Shown in pieces: positions 27,477 to 39,720 of a stretch of 64,000 bases of DNA. A program made the translations under genes and the position numbers. Position 1 is the stretch's first letter; each line of letters begins with the position of its first letter. A model generated the notes under the pieces. The model was not told the DNA's origin. It did no database searches and saw nothing but the letters and a program-made list of their open reading frames with translations. Origin of the DNA: Octopus bimaculoides (Eukaryota); NCBI RefSeq assembly GCF_001194135.2, contig NC_068982.1:30226966-30290965 (forward strand), read 5' to 3'.

Positions 27477-28922
27477 GCGTTGTCGTCATCATTGTTTTAA
27501 CCTTCAGTTTTCCATGTTTTCCATGAATCCAACGGAATTACTAAAAGAAACTTCTCTATGCCAAACCTCGCAAGCTTGCAAGTGAGGCAACACTTCCCTG
27601 ATACCCAGACATGCGCTGTGGAAGACTGGTGCCAAAGGATACTGCTTGCATGATGGTATCACTTGCTCATAACTATCATGTGATGTCAAGGCAAGGAGAC
27701 AGTAACACATCTACACACACCCACGTACACAAACACATGCACACATGTATGTTTGTGCGTAAATATATGGATATCTATCTATATCTCTATATTTATCTAT
27801 CTATTTGTCTATTTATCTCTCTCTCTTTATATATATATATATACACTCTCTGAGTGGTTGGCGTTAGGAAGGGCANNNNNNNNNNNNNNNNNNNNNNNNN
27901 NNNNNNNNNNNNNNNNNNNNNNNNNNNNNNNNNNNNNNNNNNNNNNNNNNNNNNNNNNNNNNNNNNNNNNNNNNNATATATATATATATATATATATAAT
28001 ATTTAATAAACACAATATATGTTTTCATTGCTACAATATATTCTTTTATGTGTTTCATGTACTGAAGTCATGCCAGACAGTATTTTTTTAACACATCTGG
28101 TGCCCTTGCACAATCTTCAGGCACTGCCCATCTGACATATATATCATATCCACTCACAAGGCTTTTGTCAGGCTAGGGCTATAATAGAAGACGCTTGCCA
28201 GAGGTACCACACAATCGTACTAGGCCTAAAACCTTGTGGTTGGGGAGCAAACATCTTTACCACTCAGCCATGCCTGTACTTTATATGTTCTGCAAGTGTT
28301 CCTTGCTGTGTGATTATTTTTTCCAACCATTACTGTTTTAATAATAGTATTTATATACTTATTGAAATAATTTCATATTGTATAATTTTAGCCTTTGACC
28401 TGTTTAAATGTAGATAAACCTATTTGTTTATAATTTTCACTGGTGTATTTATTAATAGTTCCAACTGACTAAAGATTATTATTTTTTAAAAATAAAATAT
28501 CTGTTTATTATGTATAAGTAGAATTGTATGTTGTTTGAGGTTAAAAAGTCTCCAGCACTGGGGAAAAAGGGGGAAAAAAATGTTCATAGTTGTTCTATGT
28601 GTGCATATTCTTTCATGAAATTGGTTTTGGAATTGGATTTCTGCTAAATTTGATATCATTTCATATGTTTTGTAGACTATTGTGTTTTAATATGTAATGT
28701 GTACATGCACCTGTATACGTGTATCTGTACGTGTGTACACACCTCCCCACATTTTTCAGTTTTGTATACAGAAAAGAAGCAGTCACATTTATTACACCAT
28801 GCATTATATTATGTATAATGTGTGTGTCTGTGTGAGAGAGAGAGAGAAAGAGAGACAGGTGTAGATATGTATATAACTATTGCATATCTGCAATGTTATA
28901 TTATATATGCATGCATACTTAC

Positions 28923-28962
<40 letters not shown>

Positions 28963-29659
28963 GCTATTAATTGGTTACCATCTAAATGTGGACGATGACC
29001 ATAGACTAACCATAGTTATTTTACCATTCAAAGCCTCACCCTCTGTTTGTAGAGGCAAGCCCAACAAAAGGATATATTAATAAAGAACATTCTCATCACT
29101 TCTCACATGAAAGGAATGTTACTTCAGTTTTTGTATTCATTTTGATATTCATTTTTTATTTTTGATTTGTGATTAGGTGATGCACTTTTCTTTCTTTTTA
29201 TGTTTTTTTTTTTGTGATGTCTGTCATTAGATGACTAACGTTATTATCAGCATTTTGGAATAAATTCGTGTTTGTACACACTCCATACTTTCTAAGTCTA
29301 TAAAGGTATTTTCTCTTGGTAGTATATTAAAAGAAAAAGTAAAAAGAAAACAGAAAAACCGAATTGCCTTTTATCAGTGTTATTTTATGTGGTAAATCTC
29401 TAAAATATATGATAGTTTGATCTGATGCAATTGTTTTTGCTTTTTATCAACCTATTTATTTCATACTGAGAACAATAGCGTGACATACTTGGCTGCTTAT
29501 ATGGAATATATTACAATAGTATGTCTCTGTGTGAGCGTCATGTGTATGTGTGTTCACATATACATATAAATACACACACAAACACGCAAACACACAAACT
29601 CACTCACATACCGAATTGCTGTGTGTAAAATAAGTGTTATGGTTTTACCAAAGCCATCA

Positions 29660-29815
29660 TACTAGAGACAGGCATAGAAAAAAGGATGAGAGAAGCTGAG
29701 AGGGTGAAAGGATTATATCAAAGAATGGACTGACATGAACTTCACCAACTCTCAAAAGACAATAGAAATTAGGTTTTGTAGAGTGTTGGTCTGTTGGTTC
29801 TCACCATTACTCCGG
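29660..29815 (+). mobile_element. LINE (RTE-like) ORF 3'-end remnant
   Basis: Reads DYIKEWTDMNFTNSQKT, resembling the W-DNIKEWTG..F...QR C-terminus of RTE-type ORFs. Confidence 0.45.
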
Positions 29816-30224
29816 TACTTTGATGATCCAAATGATAATGATGTCGTTATGCGTACATTACTTATTACATGGGGAAATGGAATCTTTATTTGGTTACCTA
29901 GAATATTCTTAATTGTATTACTGCTGTTTATTCAAGTAAAACCAACACATGTGAGAAGTCAAATGTGACTTACTACTGATTGTATTAAATCTAGGCACAA
30001 GGCCAGCAATTGCAGTGCAAGCACGGTTTAATTGATTACAATGACTCCAGTGCTTAACTGGTACTTATTGTATCAATCCCATATGAATGAAAAACAAAGT
30101 TGGCCTTAGTGAAATTTGGACTTATAAAGCATGCTACTGAACATTTCATGCAATGTGCTAATAATTCCATGAGGCTGCTGCCTTTGTGATTACTAGCCAT
30201 GAAACCTGATATTGTTTTTGAAAA

Positions 30225-30395
30225 GTTTGACAAAATATTATTTACATTCGATGGATATTTGTCCTCATCTTGTTTGTTGTTAACACAACCTTTCGGCTGA
30301 TATAACCTCCAGCCTTCTTCAGGTGTGTTGGGGAAATTTCGAACCTGGGTTCTCATTCCTAAGGTTTTTTTTTTTTCGATGTTATTATTATTATG
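30225..30395 (-). mobile_element. Penelope-like terminal repeat carrying a hammerhead motif
   Basis: Minus strand ...CCCCAACACACCTGAAGAAGGCTGGAGGTTATATCAGCCGAAAGGTTGTGTTAAC... Confidence 0.65.
30283..30326 (-). ncRNA. Type-I hammerhead ribozyme motif, stem III point-mutated
   Basis: ACAC-CUGAAGA-a-GGCUG(gagguuauau)CAGCC-GAAA-gg-UU-GUGU; 5-bp stem II and 4-bp stem I. Confidence 0.7.
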
Positions 30396-30772
30396 CCCTG
30401 AGGCTATAGAAGAAGGCACTTGCACAAGGTGTCACACAGTGAGATTGAACCCGGAGCCAAGTGGTTGGGAAGCAAGCTTCTTACCACACAGCTATGCTTA
30501 CACTTATAGTTACCAAAATTTCAATATTCATTGTTCCATAGGAGCATGGTTTGGATAGCTTGTCATAGAAGAGTACCTCTGCTTGTCTTTTAATTTTTCT
30601 CATAATCTCATTTCTGAGGTCAATTATCTTGAAATCTGATTCCAGAATTTTCCTTTTCACCTCCATTATCTTTGATCTTTCATTTCTATAAAGTACCTTA
30701 TACTCACAGCATTCAACACCTATCTTCTAAAGTTTTGTTGCCCACTTACATCAGATATCCATACAAGCACAC

Positions 30773-30827
<55 letters not shown>

Positions 30828-32149
30828 CTTCTAGTTCCCTATACTTTTGTCAGCCCCTTTCAGCTTTTATTTCCAGCTATTTAATATTAGGTATTGAATA
30901 GATCATATCAGTCTCCTTTCTATGCAACCACCCATATATTTATCATTTTGGTGAAATCTTAACATTCTTCAAACATCCACAAACATCTTTCTAATTCAAT
31001 ATGATTCTTCTATTCTTACTTTACAATCAAACCTCAAAGTGTCTTTCTCCAAAGTCTTTGGTTAATGATTCCAAAAGTCAGCTGCTTTTTACAGCCAATC
31101 TCTCTTTCTTTCTCTCTGCTATCTTTGTAAATGATGAAAATGTTAATTGCTGATGAGTTTTTCTTAATAGCTGTTACACCTACGCTACAAGATACTGGAC
31201 ATTGTCTTCATTATTTAGAAATATTACCTTCATTTTCTGTTTGCAGGTGGAATAATGCAAAGTGAATCAGACACTTTTCAACCATATATTTGTAGAACTG
31301 TCTCATTAGAAATATAATGCGCACATAATAGGTTCTGCTGCATATTTAAATTATTTCTATTAAGTTAGCTGTTGAATCGATCCTCTTTTAGCTGAAACTG
31401 TACTGAGAACGTTACCCCAGCTAATCTGTTTTATGAAAAAAAATTTGTAGTATCCACATATTTTATCAGTAGTTAATAGCATTTTAGTATTAATAATCTT
31501 TTGTAGTTGTTTCATCTCAAGTCAGCATTGATTTAGTAGATGCATTATTGAAGGTGTTAAAGCTATGACCATCCATATGTCTGTATGTTTTTTAGACATA
31601 GTGCATATTAAATGCATCTTTATTATTTTTTTTTTTTAGGTGTTGGCCTGATTGTGTGGTTAAAATGTCCACTTTGGAATTATGTGGTCCGGGGTTCACT
31701 CCCACAGTATGGACACTTCTTGTTGGTGTCCTGTATTATAACCGCAGGTTATCCAATACTTTGTGAATAAAATTCAATTGATAGAAACTGGTAGAAACCT
31801 GTCATCTGTGTGTGTGTGTCTTGGTGTGTGCTTACTGATTGTAAACAAATTGATATTTCATTCAAACCTTGACTTTCTCTTTTTCTCTTTTTTGTAGTGT
31901 TGTGTGAAAGTATATCTGAGGTGTTTTATTGTTCAATAGACTAAGGTAAATATTATCTTACATGGAAGCCGGTGAAGATTGGTGATAGGAGGAATCTTCT
32001 GGACATTGAAAAATCTACATCAATGAAACCCTGTTGACCTTTTAACCCTTACTTTTCCATGAAAGCATGGAAAAGTAAGAGTTATAAGCAATGAGGATGA
32101 TTAGCTGTTAGTGACAGAAACAACGTTTCGAACAAATTTTAGATTATTT

Positions 32150-32555
32150 CTGCAGTGTCACATAAAAGAATCTGTGTAGTACCATATAAAAGCGCATATG
32201 TGGTGCCATATAAGAGCTCCCACACAGTCCCACGTAAAGTGCTTGTAGGATGCTATGTAAAAGTGCCTGTGTGACACAACGCAAAAGTGCCTGTGCAGTG
32301 CCACATAGAAGCACCGGTGCAGTGTCACATAAAAAGTGCCAGTTCAGTGTTACATAAGAAGTGCTCATGTGGTTCCACATAAAAGCACCCAGCACACACT
32401 GTAAAGTGGTTGGCATTAAGAAGGGCATCCAGCTGTAGAAACCTTGCCAAATCAGACTGGAGTCTGGTGCAGCTCCCCAGCTTGCATGCTTTGGTTGAAC
32501 TATCCAACCCATGTCAGCAAGGTCAACAGACGTTAACTGATGATGATGATGATGA
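32150..32555 (+). mobile_element. RTE-type 3' tail with internal GTGCCACATAAAAGCAC-like tandem units
   Basis: GTGGTTGGCATTAAGAAGGGCATCCAGCTGTAGAAACC...CCAACCCATG...(TGA)n. Confidence 0.75.
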
Positions 32556-34048
32556 TCCAACCTAACTTGGATGTGTTGTTTTGAATGTCAAAGGCTGTAG
32601 TAATAGTCCTGAGAAATCATCTCATATAGAAATTAAGAGTTGAAAAAAAAGCAGAAATTGTATTGGCAGATGAAATTTCATTAGCACCGGTGGATGAGAC
32701 TGCTGCATTACACAATTTCTACTTCTACTACAACAGACACCCTACCACCAAATGCCAGATCGAAAAATCTGTCCAAATGATATAGCGGATATTGATTTGC
32801 ACATCCAACTTAATGTGTTATTTTGAATGCCCTATATGGGTGGTGGTCCTTCAACTTAAAATGACCCAACTTTGGCTCATCATTTGTGTTGTTTTCTTTT
32901 CTTGTATGAATTTCTTTCTTGCGTATGAATCTTAGATATTCCAGCAGGTCATGCTGAACTCATTAATTTTTCAGATTCCTTTAGATTACATCATGCTAGT
33001 GCCCTCCAGTATCATTGAAAGTTGACAAGTTTTGAAACTTTATTCTAATTTCATTGCAATAAGGTGTGGATATGACTCTCCAGTTAAGAAATTTGCTTTG
33101 CAGCACCTTGGGTAGGTGCAGCACCTTGGGTAGGTGTCTCTTACCATTGCTTTGAGTTGACAAATGTATTGTGATTACAATCTGGAACTCAGAAATTGTT
33201 GAGAGGCCTATCATATCTGTGTATCTGTGTTTGCATATTTATGCATGTTTGCACGATACTGCTTATTCTGCAGGGTTGATGTTTATATCTCATGCAAACA
33301 AGAAGTTTTTCTGTTCAGTGTAAAACGCAAGGTCATGCAATAAAATATCTCTCTTGGAAACCAGTGAAGGTCAAGCTTAGGAAAGGCGACCAGTCACAGT
33401 ATATTCCCTTAACAAGTCCTTTCCAACTCATGCCAGCAATTAAACATCTACTGATGATGAGGCTGATAATGAAGGCAGCGATGCCGATGAGTTTATGCTT
33501 TTCTAGATTCTGCTGCATTAAATTTATTCCATTGTTTAACTAGACGACTATAACTATCATCATAGATGAGCCTGAAACATTGTAATTTATCTGCTAGGGT
33601 TGTTCCTTAATGAATAAATTCAAGTACTTTCATTTCAATATGCAAGTACTGGAAATGACCTTTTATCTGTAGCACTTCAGATATCAGTGCATTCAAGAAT
33701 GCTCAAGGTTCCATATTGTTAATTAGCTTCAAGGTACATGTTTTAAAAGATTTGCTATTTAAATTACTGTCTTCACAAAAATTTCATTAGAAGGTTATTG
33801 GCATCAAACATCAATTGTTATAGGCTTCTTCACATCTATATGCCAAACAGTGTGTTGAGCTTAGTATTACAGATTAGCTTCATTCATATACTTTTAAGTA
33901 GATGAACCAGCCTCAGTGATGTCACTGAACCTGTTAGAAATAGAAGTCAGATGTTTCAAACTACACCTAATGTCTTAAAAATAGAAGAGAACACATTGAA
34001 CATTGTATTGGTATGCACCCACCTCCAAAGGAAAAGGCTGAAATATCT

Positions 34049-34328
34049 CTAACCCTTTTGATACCAACTCTCCTTAGAATGCACTTGGTTTTCAGTGCAT
34101 GTGTCTTTTGTTTTAAAGAGAGCTAACTGAAAACAAACCACACACACAAAAAAAAAAAATAAATAAAACACAAAAAACCCAACAAATAGAAACACTGCAA
34201 CAAAATTTCATTATAAATTTATGTTCCAAACACTAGCATGGTAGTTGCAGTTATTTCATTAAATTCTTCATTGATTTCAAAAAATAAGACAGTGTATTTC
34301 AACAGGAATATGATTACAAAAAAGTTAA
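34049..34328 (+). mobile_element. piggyBac-like MITE, family B
   Basis: AACCCTTTTGATACCAAC start and AACAGGAATATGATTACAAAAAAGTTAA end. Confidence 0.7.
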
Positions 34329-37007
34329 TTGCAGATCAGGGCTGACCTAGTGATCACAGCATCAACTACTGCAATAAATAAAGAAAAGCTTAACTGTCTT
34401 ACTAAGCCTTTCCAAATTATGAAAATGAATTTGCCCTTTTGATACCAACCTACTCGAAACTAATTTTGTTTTTTATGATATAAAGTTACTGTTTAAAGTT
34501 ACTTAGGTTTAAAACTTTCCCTAAAAATTCCATATTTGTTTATTTTCCAAACACTAACTCAATATAATAGTTGTTTTACTCAATTTACCTTTGAATTAAT
34601 TCTGTATTGCCTAAGAGCTTTGAGATTTTGATGATGTGGCTGTTTATTTTTAGATTGACATTTTATGGTAGGTGTGAGAGGCAAGATCTGGCCAGTTTGA
34701 ACATAAAACTGTTAGAATATCTGGGTTGAATGTGGCCAGTTTAAATCCTAAAGGGTTAAAACAAAGGTTGGGTGTTTCAACAGAAATATGGTAAGGAAAG
34801 GATAAGAACGCATGGACTATTTATCATTGTTGGAAATGTGGATCGTGGAAGGATTAGTTATAATTCAGGTTTGTACTTAGTTCTGTACTCTGATGCCTTC
34901 TATTCAAGAACTGAGACTCTATACAAACTTCTACTTGTTTATGTCCTGCTTTTGTGGATATATCTTGGTTGGAAACTCTGACCATGTATTTTCAGTTGTT
35001 GAATCAACCAAATTACCTGTTTATTGAATGAAGGTGTAAATGAATGATTATTCCATTGATGCATGTACCCTTATTATAATTCTCAGACAGACTCCGTATA
35101 TGAGAAGGTTGGTCTTCTGAATTTACATATTGAATTGGTCTGACAAAATTCCAGGCTGTCTGCTTACTATGTTTCATTCATGAGCCATGAAGCTGACTTG
35201 GGGCTTATAGAAACTAACATTTGCTCAAAATGCCACACAGTAGAATCAAACCTATAACCTCGTGGGTTTGAAACTTACTACAAATTCAACCATACTTCAC
35301 ATCAAGTATGTATCTTGGGGATAATTAACTCTATTATAATTTACCTCAAGAGCTATGGTAAAAATTTTGTTAACTGAGAATTTGTTGGTCAAATAATCTA
35401 TTATATGTCTTAGTTTTTGTAGTTTCGGCCACTCTCACTCTCTGCATGTTCTTTATTCTTTTACTTGTTTTAGTCATCTAAATTTAGTATAGTATTTCAC
35501 TAAATTTCCTAACTCTTTATTGCTGACTGAGACCTCCACAAATTTCAAGTGTTCTAGATTGTTTTCTTTTGGTTTTCCTTGTAGAATAAAAATTGTTTAA
35601 AAAAGAGGAATTAACTGTTGTAAATTTTACTCAGAACAACTCCCAACAATTATGTCTTGGTTTTAGACACTACTAGTTGAGTTGACCATGAAATGCTTAT
35701 TTCATGATTCTTAGAATTAAGATAAAAATATTACACCAACAATTGCAAATCTCAGTTGATAAATTTACTTACTTGCCTCATAGATAATCAATATCTGAGA
35801 CTAGGTAAAATATTGAATCACTTGAATGTTGATTTGAAGTAATATTAAATCATTTTCACTTCTTTAACACTTTCACAGGCAATATCTCTAATGAAATAGA
35901 CTAAGTTTCATTTAATTTTGAAAATACTCAAGAATGTGAACATATTTAGTAAAATAACTAACTTTGTTTCATGATTGAACTTGTGTTGGAAACATAATTT
36001 AGCAAAGAGTTTTTTTTTTTTTTTTTTTTTAGATATAATTAGAAGAAAAAGTTTTTAATTCAAAGAGATAGTTTTATACAATAGAACTAGCGGCAGTTTC
36101 AACTGGATAGGTATTAAAAGAGCTTAAATGAAACTGTAGCAGTGCTTTAATACCTGCATTCCTCACTCTCTGATTGTCTGTCTGTTACTCATTCTGTCTC
36201 ACTTTCTCTTACTTTGTGTCTACCATTCATCTCTATACTTATTTTCATATATCTTTCTCCTCCTCATTCATATGAATATCTCAAAGTTACAGCTTTTCTG
36301 ATTACAAATTACTTGGAAACTTGTTAAGTATTTTAAGTGGATTATTTTCTTGCTAATTTTCCTATTTTTGAAATGGAAAAAAGGAAGGAAAGAAAGAAAG
36401 AAAGAAAGGACTAAAAAATGAATTTTAACTATCCCAATAATTTCTCAGACATTTCTCTGCCGAAAAGATTTTTAAAATTCTGTCTAGAAAAACACTGCAG
36501 TATCTTCACACGTTTCTATAATAATCTTGTTTGTGTGACAGTAACACCATTTTAGGTCTGAAGATAAACTGAATTTTCTTTCATTTCATGAAAAGAAATA
36601 GAAAAACAGCAAAAGCATATACATATATATATATGATGATGCCTCTGTGTCTGAGCAACTGTTTGATCATAGTTTCATAAACTGTATTCTTCTCCCAATT
36701 TTCCCTCCTATTAGCTTCCCTCCAGCTTTTCCATTATTTTTCAGAAGATTGCAAATTAAACTCCCCCACACTTTCCATCGATATATTTCTCAGCTCAGCA
36801 AGACATGTCTCCATATTAACCAGGATGCTGTAAGAAAAATGTTGAGTCCTACTCATTCTTTCTTCAAAAATTAGATGCTTCTAGTTCTTATTTCATAGTA
36901 AATAAATTAGGATGTGTTACATCTGTTGTGGTATACATATTAGCAAAATTATGTGACAGCTCCCAGGAATGTTCACCTATCTATACATTACATGGGAGTG
37001 TGTTTGT

Positions 37008-37046
<39 letters not shown>

Positions 37047-37266
37047 TACACACCTACGTGTGTGTGTTTTTAGGCATATATTATTTAAAACAGTTTGATT
37101 CGGTTCCGTGGTATTTCAAGTTTTGTAGGTCACTAACAGGAGCCCGATTACTTCAGGCTTCCAGAAAAATATGCTGAGTGCCCTTTACTTTTATTTGTCC
37201 ACTCACTCATATATGTATATATATATGTATATATACCAGCAGAGTTCAACAGAGACAACGAAGCCA

Positions 37267-37304
<38 letters not shown>

Positions 37305-37480
37305 CAAATTTACCAGAAACAAAAGGCAAAGATTCGTGAGGGAATAACAAGCAGGTGTATTAGTTTGATGCTCAGGAAGAATGGAAAAGTCTTTGACATT
37401 TCAAGTCTACGCTCTGCAATAGAAAGGACTGAGAGGAAACAAAATTAGGGAGAGAGAGAGAAGAAAAAAAACATGTACGG
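37305..37480 (-). mobile_element. Second copy of the 7205-7400 Penelope-like repeat with decayed hammerhead (37391-37426)
   Basis: The minus strand reads cttt-ctattgc-a-gagcgtagactt-gaaa-tgtc-aaag. Confidence 0.5.
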
Positions 37481-37722
37481 AATAACAATCATCCTCCCAT
37501 ACTTTCTGTTTCTTTGATGGACTGTCACTTACCGAGTCAGTTCTTATATGGAATTGCTGAACATTCTACATCAGCGTTTCTCAACCGGTGTTCCCTGGAA
37601 CCCTAAGGTTTGGCTAATTCCATGATCGTAATATTAATATACATACACAACATTTTATTGGTTATTGTAATGTAGTCATCATCCTAACCTATTATGTTAT
37701 AAAAAAAATATAACAACCATAT

Positions 37723-37765
<43 letters not shown>

Positions 37766-38075
37766 NNNNNNNNNNNNNNNNNNNNNNNNNNNNNNNNNNN
37801 NNNNNNNNNNNNNNNNNNNNNNNNNNNNNNNNNNNNNNNNNNNNNNNNNNNNNNNNNNNNNNNNNNNNNNNNNNNNNNNNNNNNNNNNNNNNNNNNNNNN
37901 NNNNNNNNNNNNNNNNNNNNNNNNNNNNNNNNNNNNNNNNNNNNNNNNNNNNNNNNNNNNNNNNNNNNNNNNNNNNNNNNNNNNNNNNNNNNNNNNNNNN
38001 NNNNNNNNNNNNNNNNNNNNNNNNNNNNNNNNNNNNNNNNNNNNNNNNNNNNNNNNNNNNNNNNNNNNNNNNNNN

Positions 38076-38418
38076 TTGTGTGTTAAGCAGGAAGTGTGGT
38101 GTCAAAACAGGAAGTGTGTGTAAGGGGAGACAAATCTATTTGGTTGGAGTTATGAACTCTTTGTCAGCAGGAAGTTTATGTCTGTTCCTAGAGAAATAAG
38201 GTCACTGAGGGGTTTGTGTGTTAAGAAATGGTTCGAATTTCTCTATGAAAAGATTCTCCTTGTTGATTCTTTCTTGTGTGGAGACTCTGTCTTTACATTG
38301 ATTTCTCTAGGAACAGACATAAACTTCCTGTTGACAAAGAGTTCATAACTTCAACTTAAAAGATTTGTCTCCCCTTACACACATCCTGTTTTGACACCAC
38401 ACTTCCTGCTTTACACAA
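38076..38418. mobile_element. Foldback/MITE-like element with ~120-bp inverted arms
   Basis: 38076-38197 is the near-perfect reverse complement of 38301-38418, with a ~103-bp spacer. The left end abuts an N gap. Confidence 0.85.
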
Positions 38419-38588
38419 ACCTTTTCTCTTTTTTTAAACCTAACACAACTCTCAATTTTCATGCATCCTTATTTTTCCAACCATTATCTACATGGATTAC
38501 CATTGAACTTTAAAAGCTCAAAGACAACATAATGTATTGGTATATTTATTTTCTTATATATTATTTTTTTATATATTATTTTTTCCAT

Positions 38589-38640
38589 TCGACTATGCTG
38601 CTGTTCAACAGACTAATCTGTTGAACAGCAGCATAGTCGA
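38589..38640. repeat. Perfect 24-bp hairpin with 4-nt loop
   Basis: TCGACTATGCTGCTGTTCAACAGA-ctaa-TCTGTTGAACAGCAGCATAGTCGA. Confidence 0.95.
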
Positions 38641-38713
38641 GATGGTATGTTTTCTTCTCTTACTCTTGTTTTTTGCAAACATCTTCAAAATGTCTTTCTA
38701 AAATGAAATTCCA

Positions 38714-38808
38714 TTATGCAGCTGAGGCGTACATTTTCATTGTACATTCTGTGGTGTCCTCACTACATGAATAAATGGAGCTTGTACGAAACGTACGTAC
38801 TGCTATAA
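38714..38808 (+). ncRNA. Type-I hammerhead ribozyme motif with long stem-II loop (A9C)
   Basis: TTAT-GCAG-CUGAGGc-GUACA(~49 nt)UGUAC-GAAA-CGUACG-UA-CUGC-t-ATAA; palindrome ACGTACGT and GUA site. Confidence 0.65.
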
Positions 38809-38971
38809 CCTATTGAATTTTTGTTGCTTAACTTTAAATTTTATTCACCAAATCTCTTGATTTTGTTTTTGGTTTTTTACCCTACCAAATTCTGGTGACT
38901 CAAACATTTTAAGTACCACATTTAATCTTTTGATTAAATCTATATTATTACATACATATATAGATACATAC

Positions 38972-39180
38972 ATGAGGGGGGCGCTGAAAAGTTCCTGGTT
39001 TTAAGGGTATTGTAAAAGGCCTGGTTGGAGGCCCAACCTTCTGAGTTCTTTTACAGGACTTAGAAAATTTGAAGAATTGCAGCAACAAGTGTTTGAATCT
39101 GAGAGGGGAATATATTGAGGGAAATCATTATTAACTGATCCTCCTGTATTTTCTTTTACCCAAAGCCTGGAACTTTTCAA
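38972..39180 (+). mobile_element. Mariner-derived MITE
   Basis: Left TIR GAGGGGGGCGCTGAAAAGTTCCTGG; right TIR AAAGCCTGGAACTTTTCA, cut by a 10-N gap. Confidence 0.7.
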
Positions 39181-39284
39181 NNNNNNNNNNCCTTGTCTGT
39201 CTGTCTATCTACCTATCTATCTATCTCTCTACCATCCATCCATCCATCCATCCATCTATCTATCTATCGCTATATATATATATA

Positions 39285-39438
39285 TATATGGCTGTATGGT
39301 CAGAAGTTTGCTTTGAGAGCACATGGTTTTGGGTTCAGGCCTACTGCATGTCATCTTGGTCAAGTGTCTTCTGTTATAGCCTCAGGATGACCAAATCCGT
39401 GAGTGAATTGAATTGACAGAAACTAAACAGAAGCTTGT

Positions 39439-39483
<45 letters not shown>

Positions 39484-39720
39484 ATATGTATGTGTGTGTT
39501 ACTTCCTCTTTTCCTTGACATCCTGTGATAGTTGTGAGTGTCACTGTCAAGCAGTGGTGTCCTTCATTCTTAGTCTTCCTAGACGTGTTTAGTGATGGGG
39601 GAAATATTTATCTTACTCAGAAAAAGGCAAGGATAAGCGACAGGAAGGGAATTTGGCCATAGAAAATCTGCCTCCATATGATCTATGCAAGCACGAAACA
39701 GTGCATGCTAAAATAACGAT
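39285..39720 (+). mobile_element. SINE with family-A head and RTE-like 3' tail
   Basis: GGCTGTATGGTCAG..GGGTTCAGGCCTACTGC head, (GT)n, and ACAGGAAGGGAATTTGGCCATAGAAAATCTGCC tail; reverse-oriented relatives at 27490-27720 and 54550-54800. Confidence 0.65.

Noticed and set aside
32110-32155. GAAACGTT palindrome with CAGAAAT/GTTTCTG stem on the minus strand
   Set aside because: No recognisable CUGANGA core or stem II; at most an unrecoverable relic.
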